Shown in pieces: positions 38,848-48,942 of a DNA stretch of 64,000 nucleotides. The notes beneath the pieces were generated by a model that did no database searches, was not told where the DNA came from, and saw only the letters and a list, made by a program, of their open reading frames with translations. The stretch comes from Clostridiales bacterium. GTDB taxonomy: Bacteria > Bacillota > Clostridia > Saccharofermentanales > Saccharofermentanaceae. The stretch lies in assembly GCA_017513085.1 (NCBI GenBank), contig JAFWDK010000022.1:68919-132918 (forward strand). The letters are read 5' to 3'. Position 1 is the first letter of the stretch, and each line of letters opens with the position of its first letter. The translations under genes and the position numbers were made by a program.

Positions 38848-41466
38848 ATGTTTACTTGGAATTTCCAATATATGTCCAAAGTTCGTTTGGCGGAAACGCT
38901 GAAGCAGTTGAATTTGGATGTGAGGCAGAACAGTGTCTTGATCCGGATCCATACAGCGATCCACCTGGAAGATGAAGCAGTGGATCTGGCCAAATTTATC
39001 AAGAGCATCGTTCCGCAAGCCTCGATCCTTGGAACGAGCACTTCAGCAGTGATCTATCGAGGGAAATGTCTTTCTAACCAATGTGTGATATCCGTGACGC
39101 AGATGAATGGCGGAACGGTCAGATCAAAGATGTATTCACTTTTCGATGAAACAGACGGAAAGCAGATTTCCGCGCCGAGTGTTGCGGAGTGCATCCGGGA
39201 GAGTATCATCTTTGAAGATACGAAACTTCTGCTTACATTCTTTACTCCATCCTATCGTGACGTGTCTACTTTTGTCGTTGCCTCCAACGGCGTTTTCCCG
39301 GGCGTTCAGATGATCGGCGGAGTCACGGATCATCCGACCGTGAACACCAATAACGAGGGTTTTGTATTTGATGAAACAGGATGGTCAGATAAATCAGCGA
39401 TCTTAGCTTCTTTTTCCGGCGAAGAACTGGAAAGTTTTACGGCCTGTGCCACCGGTGTACAGACGATCGGAGAAGAATGTGAGATTACGGACATCCGTAA
39501 GTCCGTGATCCTTTCTATCGATGACAAAAATCCGGAAGAGACTTTCTGGACGGGTACGATCGCGGGATTAACGGAGATCGAGTCCCTGGCAGAGCTTTTC
39601 CCGTTCGCATATTCCGAAGCAGAAGAGATCCCGGTCTATTTGCGGATCGAAAGGAACAGGAGTCCTCTTGAGATGGAGAAGGATAATCTTTCGGAAGATC
39701 AGGATGAAGATGCTATCCAGAGCGAATCCGATACGGACATGCGACGGGATCTTCTTTATACGAACTGTTTTCTGAAACAAGGACTGCGCATCAAGAAGGG
39801 CTTTATACATGACAGGAAGATCGTCGCCGATAATCGGGATATGTTCCGGAGGATCGAGAGTTTTGAGAAGGCGGAGACGATCTTCGGATATGCTGATAAT
39901 GTACGCACCCGGATCTACGGGAACTGCCTGAGATGGGAGCTTTCCACCTATGAAAAGTCGAATATTTGCGGATGTGTGACGAATGGCGAGATTGCTTCGC
40001 ATGGAGATAAGAATACTTTTTCGAACTGTTCTTTTGTATTGACGGTAGCCGGTGAGAAACCGTTCCCGCAGGAATACAATCCATATGCGTTTTCACATAC
40101 GGATATGCTGACATCGGATCATCAGGACCTTCTCAACTATCTTCTTGAAATGGAAGAGAAACTCGATCACTGTGATTATCGGAACGGGTTGGATGAGATA
40201 AAGGGATTTGTCCGTGAATGTGAGACGCTGCTTCTTTATTCCGAAAGCGAGGAAATACCGAATGCAGCGGCGATGAATATGGATATCAAGGTTCGGGGAT
40301 ACGACAGGGTGTGCATGATCAATGTCATGGAAACTGCCGAGATGGAAAAAGTTTTCCCGACGCACTTGATCGATCTGACATACAAAAACTATATATCCAA
40401 GTGTTCGTCTTTCGTAGGGGCTAAGAAATATCACATGTATATTCTTGATAAGTGGCACATCGCGATTGCAGAGCCTTCGTACAGGGTCGCACTGTCAAAA
40501 TTCGTAAAAGATATGGAGAATCTGCAAAGAGAACTCTTCGAGTATTCTGACGAATTGATCGCTATCGTGCCGATATTCTGTGTGATCGATGGATGTGTGG
40601 CAGAGACGCTGGATTCGACATATTATTCTGCACGTGTGGAGATGATAAATAAGAATATGCAGTTTTATGTCTGCGAAGCATCTTCCGTGGAACACCTCGA
40701 TGAGAACAGTATCCGGGAGCGGTATCATATGGTCAATGTGATCAACTATGCGATCGCAAATGATGGTGTTGTTCCGTATTTCCAAGGAATTTATGATAAC
40801 AAGCAGCTTTGTATCCATCACTATGAGGCGTTGATGCGGCTTCGCGATGAGAACGGGAAGATCTATTATCCGAATAGTTTCCTTGATGTCGCAAGAAATT
40901 ATGGCTTGCTTTATGATGAGATCTCTAAGATCATGATCCGAAAAGTGTTCGAGCGGTTCCGGGATAAGGAAGGCCTCAGCGTGAGTATGAATCTGGGCAT
41001 CCGGGATATCAAGAACAAAGAGATCACGGAACTGATCTACGATGAACTGGCGAAATCACCGCACCCGGATAACTACATTTTTGAGATACTGGAAAATGAA
41101 GATGTAGCTGACTACAATGAGCTGGTAGCCTTTGTGGATCGTGTTCACGAGATGGGTGGCTTGATCTCCATAGATGATTTCGGAAGCGGTTTTTCCAACC
41201 TTCAGCATCTCTTGAGCATACATTCCGACTTCTTGAAAATTGATGGATCGATCGTTGTAAATTGTTGTAACAGTAAGGAATCAGAAAATGTGATCGCTTT
41301 GATCACGGGCTGGAAAAAGTTAAGCGCAAACAGGATCGGAATCGTTGCGGAATTCGTGGAGAATGACGACATTCAGAAGAAACTGATGATGTACGATGTG
41401 GATTATTCGCAGGGATATCTTTTCTCGAAGCCTTCGCCGCATCTGGAGGGAGAGCAGAAAGAATGA
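38848..41466 (+). CDS. FIST-domain EAL phosphodiesterase (c-di-GMP) with degenerate central domain
   Basis: N-terminal ILGTSTSAVI..CVISV FIST-like region; YFQGI..YEALMRL, SMN, FEILE, IDDFGSGFSN, LKIDGS, VAEFVE, YSQGYLF; RBS ggag before ATG 38848. Confidence 0.85.
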   Translation: MFTWNFQYMSKVRLAETLKQLNLDVRQNSVLIRIHTAIHLEDEAVDLAKFIKSIVPQASILGTSTSAVIYRGKCLSNQCVISVTQMNGGTVRSKMYSLFDETDGKQISAPSVAECIRESIIFEDTKLLLTFFTPSYRDVSTFVVASNGVFPGVQMIGGVTDHPTVNTNNEGFVFDETGWSDKSAILASFSGEELESFTACATGVQTIGEECEITDIRKSVILSIDDKNPEETFWTGTIAGLTEIESLAELFPFAYSEAEEIPVYLRIERNRSPLEMEKDNLSEDQDEDAIQSESDTDMRRDLLYTNCFLKQGLRIKKGFIHDRKIVADNRDMFRRIESFEKAETIFGYADNVRTRIYGNCLRWELSTYEKSNICGCVTNGEIASHGDKNTFSNCSFVLTVAGEKPFPQEYNPYAFSHTDMLTSDHQDLLNYLLEMEEKLDHCDYRNGLDEIKGFVRECETLLLYSESEEIPNAAAMNMDIKVRGYDRVCMINVMETAEMEKVFPTHLIDLTYKNYISKCSSFVGAKKYHMYILDKWHIAIAEPSYRVALSKFVKDMENLQRELFEYSDELIAIVPIFCVIDGCVAETLDSTYYSARVEMINKNMQFYVCEASSVEHLDENSIRERYHMVNVINYAIANDGVVPYFQGIYDNKQLCIHHYEALMRLRDENGKIYYPNSFLDVARNYGLLYDEISKIMIRKVFERFRDKEGLSVSMNLGIRDIKNKEITELIYDELAKSPHPDNYIFEILENEDVADYNELVAFVDRVHEMGGLISIDDFGSGFSNLQHLLSIHSDFLKIDGSIVVNCCNSKESENVIALITGWKKLSANRIGIVAEFVENDDIQKKLMMYDVDYSQGYLFSKPSPHLEGEQKE

Positions 41467-43199
41467 TCAGTGGAAACAGTAAAAAAACGATCGGACTGGT
41501 CCTGGAAAATGTTTGGACGGATTTTGCGGAGGAGTTTATCCGTAACGTGGTCAGCGGTATCCGTCAGCGGAAAGATCTGAATCTTGTGGTCATAGCGGGT
41601 AAATTTGATGGTTATAAGGATGATAATCCCAGACACCATTTTCATCGTCTTGTCTACAACTCGATCTATCAGTTAAGCGAGAATTGTCATTTTGATGGTC
41701 TGATCGTTTGCCTGGGTAGTATGGCCAAGATCGAGGATGAGGATACGAACCGTCTTTTGTTTGATAAGATCAAGCACGTTCCGATGGTATTCGCTGTGTC
41801 CGAGTCAGATCAGCATGTAAGTGTCAATTATGACAATGAGCCGGGTATCCGTGAAGCCGTAGAATGCCTCGTGAATGTGAATGGCTTTACTAAATTCTGC
41901 ATGCTTGGCGGTAGAGTGGATAATCTTGATTCGAGAAGAAGAAGAAAGATCTACGAAGATTGCCTGAAAGAATACGATGTCGGGTTTTCCGAAGAAAACT
42001 ATCAGAGTACGGATATGTCTTTCAACTGCAAAAAAGAAGCGGCAGCTCTTCTTGACCGGAATCCCGGTGTACAGGCGATCTTTTGTGTAAATGACAGTGT
42101 GGCGGTTGGTCTCTTTGCTGTTATGGAGCAACGTGGACTGGTTCCCGGGAAAGATATTATGGTATTCGGTTTTGACAATACCAAGATGGCAGGTCAGATG
42201 ATCCCGACGTTGACTTCGATCGGTGCCAATGATACGACTTTAGGACGCAAGTCTCTGGAGATGCTTCTGCAGTTAATGAGCGGGGAGACGGTCAGATCCA
42301 CGCAGATCTCTACACGCCTTTACGGACGGGAATCCTTTGACTATGAGATGTACGACTATACAAGGCAGGAGATGATGAATGTGGATTCTGCTTTTGTCTA
42401 CCGTATGTTTGATGATTGTTTCTACCGGTACCGCTATGAACATATTGATCGGGAAGATGTAAACTTGAAGAGACTATTCTTCGAGTTTACGACAAGGATC
42501 CTTACAGCCTTGAAAAACCGCTACATGAGTCGTGAAGAGTTTAGGGAGACGTGCGAACTGATCGATATCTTTTTTGCAAATGGCGCAATCAATTATACCG
42601 ATGCGAAGAAATTTATCTGGAGTGTGGATAGATTCCAGGAAGCGATTGATATGGTACATTCTTCCGCTGATGGGATGGCGAACAGATATATAAATATGCT
42701 TTTTGCCAGAATGCGTGACCGTGCGATCGTGGCACAGGCGGAGAACACCATCCGGGAAAGAGATATGCTTTTTAAATCCAGGCAGAATCTTCAGGACTTC
42801 ATGATTGAAACCATGAATTTTGATCAGACCCAGACGGACAAAGCAGATCAGGTGATCAGCAGGCTTCACCTTCTGGAACTTAAGAATGCTGTACTCTTCC
42901 TTTTTGATGAACCGGTCGAATATAAGGAAGGCGTGGACAACATCTTCCCGGAGACGATACGGCTTCGTTGTGGAATTAAGGATGGAGAGCTTTTCATCCT
43001 TCCGAAGGAACGGCAGACCTGTCGTCTTAAAGAGATGTTCAGAAGAATCGAGATCCCGCCGAAATGCCGGGAGAATGTTGCTTTCCCTGTGCTTTGCAGA
43101 TCCAGGATATATGGATTCCTTATCAGCGCGATCAGTGGGGATATCTCTTCTATGGGAGAATTCTATGCGGAGCAGATAGGAAGGCTTCTTGAGACGTAA
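41463..43199 (+). CDS. LacI/periplasmic-binding-protein-type ligand-binding protein lacking HTH and output domain
   Basis: KTIGLV, YDNEPGI..AVE.L, AIFCVND..A.G, VP.DI.VFGFDN, PTLTSI; overlaps the EAL stop (ATGA). Confidence 0.8.
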   Translation: MISGNSKKTIGLVLENVWTDFAEEFIRNVVSGIRQRKDLNLVVIAGKFDGYKDDNPRHHFHRLVYNSIYQLSENCHFDGLIVCLGSMAKIEDEDTNRLLFDKIKHVPMVFAVSESDQHVSVNYDNEPGIREAVECLVNVNGFTKFCMLGGRVDNLDSRRRRKIYEDCLKEYDVGFSEENYQSTDMSFNCKKEAAALLDRNPGVQAIFCVNDSVAVGLFAVMEQRGLVPGKDIMVFGFDNTKMAGQMIPTLTSIGANDTTLGRKSLEMLLQLMSGETVRSTQISTRLYGRESFDYEMYDYTRQEMMNVDSAFVYRMFDDCFYRYRYEHIDREDVNLKRLFFEFTTRILTALKNRYMSREEFRETCELIDIFFANGAINYTDAKKFIWSVDRFQEAIDMVHSSADGMANRYINMLFARMRDRAIVAQAENTIRERDMLFKSRQNLQDFMIETMNFDQTQTDKADQVISRLHLLELKNAVLFLFDEPVEYKEGVDNIFPETIRLRCGIKDGELFILPKERQTCRLKEMFRRIEIPPKCRENVAFPVLCRSRIYGFLISAISGDISSMGEFYAEQIGRLLET

Positions 43200-43228
43200 A
43201 CTGACGATCCGGAAAAGAAAAAGCAGCG

Positions 43229-45433
43229 TTAAGCTGCTTTTTCCTGACTGCCTGATTTCTGATCTTCTATCCTCTTTTCCCAGACCGTGTTTTCCGGCCA
43301 TGATGCATCGTCGAAGGCTTCACGGATGCAGGCGCTATAGAATTGCGCTTTTTCGAGGCACTCTTCGGTGAGTGCTTCTCCTTTCAGAAGTGCAGCCATC
43401 AGTTGAGAACGTTCTTTTGGCGCGCATCGCATCGAAGTGAAAGAGACAACGTATTTTTTATTTAATTCGTATTCCTCTTTCACGAAATCATCACTTATAT
43501 AGCCGTAGTAAGTAAACCCTTTCGGATTTTTGGTGATCCAGACTTCTTCGGAAAAATGCGGCTCTTCCAGGTTTTCGAAGTAGTTCTGAAGCTTGAGGTC
43601 CACTGCAGAGAAGATGGCATCACGGAGGATATCTTTCATGGTGGAAAGGGTTTCATCTGATCTACAGTCAAGACAGATATTTATGCGGTAACCGTTATCT
43701 GTGGAGTACACCTGGAGTTCGTTCCAAAGAGGACGGTCGGCAATAACGATTTCAAATCCGGAATAATAGCCGTAGTTGAATTGATCGAAGAAGTCTTCAG
43801 GGAAGTCGGCGAGTACTGCTTCCAAGTGATCAAGCGCTGTCCGGATATGGGAGGGCTCGCTGATCGCCTTGGAGCAATCGATATACGAAGGTATATTCTC
43901 TCCGAGATAGATGCTCATACCATACTGATTTCCGATCTTTGCCGCACGTTCGTAGGATTCTTGAAGATCGGAACTGCCGGCATAGGCAGACTGTTGATGT
44001 GCTGCGGCATTGTCATGTTTTAGAGAAAGGAGTCTGGCATCCAGAGCGTCTCCGGGCGCAGATGCTGCCGGGACCTTTTTTGGGAATGCGTGGGAGTAAA
44101 GTTCATGGGACCGGATAGATTTATTTTCAAAATCATAGTCGATAATGAGCGCAGAAGAACTGAGTTTCTTTGTATCGTCGACCGGATACAGGCCACATGT
44201 CAGATAAGGCTTACCATCCAGAAGAACTACTGAAAGAATAGTCATAATGTCGGCATCGTTGACTTGAGACACCTGGCTTGTCAGGCTTTTGGAAAAGTCC
44301 CACATGTCCGGAAAATCCACATCGGTGTGCTTCATTTCGACCTGATAACTGAAGCTTTGATGGATCTGCCAGAGGATCTGGTAAAACACTTTATCTTCCT
44401 TCCAGTTGCTGCCCTTTACATGTGTATAAAGATCGATCAGGACATCCTCGTAACGGATCGGATCTTCCGGCATGTCTATGCGCTGATAGGTGTAGAAATT
44501 GAACGAATCAAACAAATGACAGATCTTCTCCGGGCTGTATCCGGCATCTTCCAGTAGACGAATAAACTGCATACTGGAATCGTGGCTGAAAAAGATCTTG
44601 TCCAGTGTTTCACTTCCGTAGATCCATTCCAATCCGGTGAGAAAACTTGTTTCACAGTAATATGCCCGCGGTGTTTTGGAAAAATATTTTCCCATGAAGA
44701 GCTCGGCGCCCCCCTCGGTGATAAAAGCAGCATCGCAGCAGTTATCGACATAGTCGGAGGCATGCGCCCACTCTTCGTCAGTATAATCGTCCTGGTATGT
44801 GAACCTTGTATCGGTGTAGTATACATCATCTGTTTTCTTACCGTCGACCGTATCGTCGATAAAGTGTATCAATTCGTGAAATGCAGTGGTGTAGGTCGAT
44901 TCGGTTTCGTACACGATACCATCACCGTAAATACGGATCTGGTTACTCTGTTCGATGTATTCGCCTGCCGCGTCGGATAGCACGAGAGATTTCATGAGCA
45001 GATCCTTCAGATTACTCATGAAGTATTCTTCATTTTCCGTGGTCAGATGATCCGCGAGGACCGGAAACACGTGAAGCGCATATGCTCGCCATTCGCCGAG
45101 TTTCGGGTTGTTTACCACGATATCGGCATATTTCAGGAAAAGGTCGTACTTACCGTGAAGTTCTTCATCCGTTACGCCAAGCTCCGCGGCCAGTGCTTTT
45201 GCCTGCTGCTCGATAGGATCCATGGGCTGCGGATCTGTAGTTTCGGATGTGCTGTCCGTGGTATCATCGGAAGGTTCTTCTTTTCCATTATCCGTTTCCG
45301 AAGAAACTGCCGTAGATAAGGCTGTTGTGCCTTCTGTTGACGAAGACGCCCGGCGGCAGGCCGTCGTGCCAAACATGGAAAGAGCCAGCGCGCTTGCCAT
45401 CAGAGCGCAACTTACTTTGTTGTATTTATGCAT
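43229..45433 (-). CDS. Lipoprotein, putative zinc metallopeptidase (paralog of 16478-18727)
   Basis: Lipobox TTAC, S/T linker, HELIH and EGGAEL; colinear similarity to 16478-18727. Confidence 0.7.
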   Translation of the reverse strand: MHKYNKVSCALMASALALSMFGTTACRRASSSTEGTTALSTAVSSETDNGKEEPSDDTTDSTSETTDPQPMDPIEQQAKALAAELGVTDEELHGKYDLFLKYADIVVNNPKLGEWRAYALHVFPVLADHLTTENEEYFMSNLKDLLMKSLVLSDAAGEYIEQSNQIRIYGDGIVYETESTYTTAFHELIHFIDDTVDGKKTDDVYYTDTRFTYQDDYTDEEWAHASDYVDNCCDAAFITEGGAELFMGKYFSKTPRAYYCETSFLTGLEWIYGSETLDKIFFSHDSSMQFIRLLEDAGYSPEKICHLFDSFNFYTYQRIDMPEDPIRYEDVLIDLYTHVKGSNWKEDKVFYQILWQIHQSFSYQVEMKHTDVDFPDMWDFSKSLTSQVSQVNDADIMTILSVVLLDGKPYLTCGLYPVDDTKKLSSSALIIDYDFENKSIRSHELYSHAFPKKVPAASAPGDALDARLLSLKHDNAAAHQQSAYAGSSDLQESYERAAKIGNQYGMSIYLGENIPSYIDCSKAISEPSHIRTALDHLEAVLADFPEDFFDQFNYGYYSGFEIVIADRPLWNELQVYSTDNGYRINICLDCRSDETLSTMKDILRDAIFSAVDLKLQNYFENLEEPHFSEEVWITKNPKGFTYYGYISDDFVKEEYELNKKYVVSFTSMRCAPKERSQLMAALLKGEALTEECLEKAQFYSACIREAFDDASWPENTVWEKRIEDQKSGSQEKAA

Positions 45434-45465
45434 GTCCCAATACCTCGCATGAGATTGATAATGAG

Positions 45466-45500
45466 ATTATACGAAAGAGTTCAGGATAAATGGTGACAGT
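45466..45500 (-). promoter_or_regulatory. Promoter motif ACTGTCAC-N19-CGTATAAT (copy 2)
   Basis: Same boxes and spacing as 35634-35668. Confidence 0.6.
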
Positions 45501-45552
45501 AACGAAATAATCAAAAAATCCGAATACTTGGGGCATTTACGGCCGGAGTCGA

Positions 45553-45581
45553 TTGAATCCGGATGCTCTTCAGAGTATAAT
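45553..45581 (+). promoter_or_regulatory. SigA promoter
   Basis: TTGAAT-N17-TATAAT. Confidence 0.7.
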
Positions 45582-45608
45582 TTTTTCAAAAAACAGACGG
45601 TATAAACG

Positions 45609-46310
45609 ATGGCTTACATTGAATTTCAAGACGTAAAAAAGATATATAAGACCGGCGATGTGGAAGTCCACGCGCTGGACGGAGCTGACTTTTTGATTGA
45701 AAAAGGCGAGCTCTGTGTAATATTAGGACAGTCAGGCGCGGGTAAGACGACGCTTCTGAACATTCTTGGCGGGATGGATACGTTGACGAGCGGGACAGTA
45801 CTTCTGGACGGGCAGAAGATTTCGTCGCTCCGGGAGAAGGAACTGGCCAATTACAGAAGAGTGGATGTCGGATTTGTCTTTCAGTTTTATAACCTGATTC
45901 CGAACCTGACGGCGATCGAAAATGTTGAGATGGCGTCACAACTGGTTTCTGATCCGATGGATCCGGATGCGATCCTCGAAGATGTCGGTCTTTCCGATCG
46001 TAAGAAGAACTTCCCGGCTCAGCTTTCGGGAGGTGAGCAGCAGCGTGTGGCGATTGCCAGGGCAGTTGCCAAAAATCCGAAACTGCTTCTTTGCGACGAA
46101 CCGACCGGTGCGCTCGATTATCAGACGGGAAAATCGATATTGCGTCTTTTGGCAAGACTTTGCAATGAGCGGCACATGACGGTGGTGATCATTACGCACA
46201 ATTCCACTTTGGCCGCCATGGCGGACAGAGTGATCCGCATCAAGAACGGCCGGGTCATTAGTAATGATGTAAACCCGAATCCGAAATCCGTGGAAGAGAT
46301 CGAATGGTGA
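45609..46310 (+). CDS. ABC transporter ATP-binding protein
   Basis: [39 protein letters not shown]. Confidence 0.95.
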   Translation: MAYIEFQDVKKIYKTGDVEVHALDGADFLIEKGELCVILGQSGAGKTTLLNILGGMDTLTSGTVLLDGQKISSLREKELANYRRVDVGFVFQFYNLIPNLTAIENVEMASQLVSDPMDPDAILEDVGLSDRKKNFPAQLSGGEQQRVAIARAVAKNPKLLLCDEPTGALDYQTGKSILRLLARLCNERHMTVVIITHNSTLAAMADRVIRIKNGRVISNDVNPNPKSVEEIEW

Positions 46311-46317
46311 GGCGGAC

Positions 46318-48924
46318 ATGAAGCGCAGTTACTGGAAGATCGTTTTCCGATGCATAAAAGGAAGTCTGATGAGGTATCTGGCGATCCTGGCGATCATCGC
46401 GCTGGGAGTCGGTTTTTTCTCCGGATTGAAGAGTACGATGCCGGCTTTCCTGGCGACCGGCGATAAGTATGTACGAAACCAGGCTCTTTTTGATTACCGG
46501 ATCCTTTCCAACATCGGTTTTGATGACGGCGATGTCAAGAAGATCGGTGATCTGATCGGTGTTCGCGCATGTGAAGGCGCTGTGTTTCAAGATGCTCTTG
46601 TGACCCGTCAGAAGAACCGCATCGAAGGAAAAGAAGATATCGTTTCGGTCGTGCGTTTTCACACGATCACGGAGTATGTCAACAAGCTTGATCTTATCGA
46701 AGGAAGACTTCCGGAAAAAAAGAATGAAGTCGTTGTCGACGCATATGCGTGCCCGTCCGACTTCCTGGGAGATCGGTTGATCCTTTCTGCAGAGGATGGA
46801 TTCGCCGCTTCGGAATATGAAGTGGTTGGCCGCGTGCGTTCCCCGTATTACATGAATTTTCAGAAAGGTACCTCCGAGATCGGTGATGGTTCGGTGGACT
46901 TTTTCGCCTTTGTACAGAAAGATGGCCTGACATACGAGGCATATTCGGAGGTTTGGGTAAAACTTGATAAGGATCCGGAAGCTTTTTCCGATGAGTACGA
47001 CGAGTTTGCCGAGGAGCAGAAAAACATACTGAAACCACAGGTGGAAGAAGTGGTTACGGCCCGCTATGACCGACTGAAAAAATCGATCGAAGAAAAGTAC
47101 GCGGCGATACAAAAAGAAATCGAAGAGAGATATGCCCGGCTGGCGATGGAAACAGGACTTAGCAAGGACGAACTGGAGGCACTCATCCGTGATGGTGTCA
47201 TCGCGCCCGTAGAGGTTGAAGAGCCCGATACAAAGGATATGACGTTTCCGTCTTCAGCTGAGACCTATATCCTCTCGCGCGATACGAATGTCGGCTATGT
47301 GACTTTTGGAAATGATGCGAAGATCGTGGATGGTATTGCTCAGGTCTTCCCACTCTTTTTCTTCGCACTGGCTGCGCTGGTATGCTCTACGACCATGCAG
47401 CGCATGGTCGCCGATGAGCGAGGTGAGATCGGTACGATGCGTGCTGTGGGATATACGAAATTCTCCATCGTTCTGAAATATATCATCTATTCCGGTTCTG
47501 CATCCGTGATCGGTGCGATCGGCGGATTTGCCGCGGGAACGAAGGTGTTTCCGTTTATTATCTGGAAAGCCTATGACATGATGTACGGTTTTGCCCCGAT
47601 CACGTTCACAACGGAAGTTCCGCTTCTTGTGATCTCACTTATTGTTTCGATCATGTGTTCCGTAGGTGTAACGATCGTGACGTGTTTCCGTGAATTTACG
47701 GAATCCCCTGCGGAACTGGTTCGTCCGAAGGCTCCGCCGTCCGGAAAGAGGATCTTTCTCGAATATATTACTCCGTTATGGAATCGTCTTTCGTTCCTGC
47801 ACAAGGTTTCTGCAAGGAATATTTTCCGTTTTAAGAAAAGAATGTGGATGATGCTGATCGGTATAGCCGGTTGCACGGCGCTCCTGATCACCGGTTTCGG
47901 TCTCAAGGACTCGATCAATAATCTTATCAATTTTCAGTTTGACGAGATCATGACGTATGACGTCGCGGTGAGTTTCGAAGACGGAACAACGGAACAGGAA
48001 ATGAAAGATCTCTTGGCGGATACGGGTGAGAAGACGCAAACGGAAGCAGAGACGATCCTGATCCGAACGGAGAGAATGAAGCACACAAGTAAGAGTGCGA
48101 TCCGTGATGTAGAGCTTTTCGTCGCGGACGATCCTTCTTTTTCAAAATTCGTGAATCCGCATAACGGAGATGAAGAGTATCCTCTTCCGGAAACCGGCAA
48201 GATCGGGATCAGCCTGAAACTTGCCGAAAGCAATGATCTTTCGGTCGGAGATGCGATCACGCTGGAATATGGTGAAGAGGGAAGATCGATCACTTGTCCG
48301 GTCGCATACATATTCGAAAACTATACCTACCACTATGCAATTATGGATGCGTCCACATATGCCAGTGCTTTTGGAGAAGAATACAAACCGAACAGTGCGC
48401 TGATACGTGTTCCTGATGCAAAAGCATATGAATACGGTTCGGCGATCGGGTCGGGTGATCATGTCCAATCGTGGAATGTCATGAATGAGGGAAGGAAGAG
48501 CTTCTCAAAGACGATGGAGAAGATGAACTATGTCGTTGCGCTGGTTATAGTTTGCGCGGCGCTCCTTGCCTTCATTGTGCTTTTCAACCTCAACAATATC
48601 AATATCGCCGAGAGAACGCGTGAGATCGCGACGCTCAAGGTCCTTGGATTCAAGAAAAGCGAGACGGGAAGCTACGTGTTCCGGGAAAACTTTATCCTTT
48701 GTATTCTGGGCTTTATTCTCGGCATCCCGCTGGGCGTGCTCCTGCACCGCTTCGTGCTTTTTCAGATCAAAATGGATATCGTGACCTATAAGGTCGTGAT
48801 CCTTTTCCAGAGTTATATCTTCTCGCTGATCCTGGTAATGCTTTTCTCGCTGGTTGTAGACCTTCTCATGCGTGGCAAGATCCGTCGAATCGATATGACG
48901 GAATCCCTGAAAAGCATCGAATAG
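46318..48924 (+). CDS. ABC transporter permease, FtsX family
   Basis: TTMQRMV.DERGEIGTMRAVG and NINIAERTREIATLKVLG; multiple TMs. Confidence 0.92.
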   Translation: MKRSYWKIVFRCIKGSLMRYLAILAIIALGVGFFSGLKSTMPAFLATGDKYVRNQALFDYRILSNIGFDDGDVKKIGDLIGVRACEGAVFQDALVTRQKNRIEGKEDIVSVVRFHTITEYVNKLDLIEGRLPEKKNEVVVDAYACPSDFLGDRLILSAEDGFAASEYEVVGRVRSPYYMNFQKGTSEIGDGSVDFFAFVQKDGLTYEAYSEVWVKLDKDPEAFSDEYDEFAEEQKNILKPQVEEVVTARYDRLKKSIEEKYAAIQKEIEERYARLAMETGLSKDELEALIRDGVIAPVEVEEPDTKDMTFPSSAETYILSRDTNVGYVTFGNDAKIVDGIAQVFPLFFFALAALVCSTTMQRMVADERGEIGTMRAVGYTKFSIVLKYIIYSGSASVIGAIGGFAAGTKVFPFIIWKAYDMMYGFAPITFTTEVPLLVISLIVSIMCSVGVTIVTCFREFTESPAELVRPKAPPSGKRIFLEYITPLWNRLSFLHKVSARNIFRFKKRMWMMLIGIAGCTALLITGFGLKDSINNLINFQFDEIMTYDVAVSFEDGTTEQEMKDLLADTGEKTQTEAETILIRTERMKHTSKSAIRDVELFVADDPSFSKFVNPHNGDEEYPLPETGKIGISLKLAESNDLSVGDAITLEYGEEGRSITCPVAYIFENYTYHYAIMDASTYASAFGEEYKPNSALIRVPDAKAYEYGSAIGSGDHVQSWNVMNEGRKSFSKTMEKMNYVVALVIVCAALLAFIVLFNLNNINIAERTREIATLKVLGFKKSETGSYVFRENFILCILGFILGIPLGVLLHRFVLFQIKMDIVTYKVVILFQSYIFSLILVMLFSLVVDLLMRGKIRRIDMTESLKSIE

Positions 48925-48942
48925 CGGGGAGAGCCGGCGATC

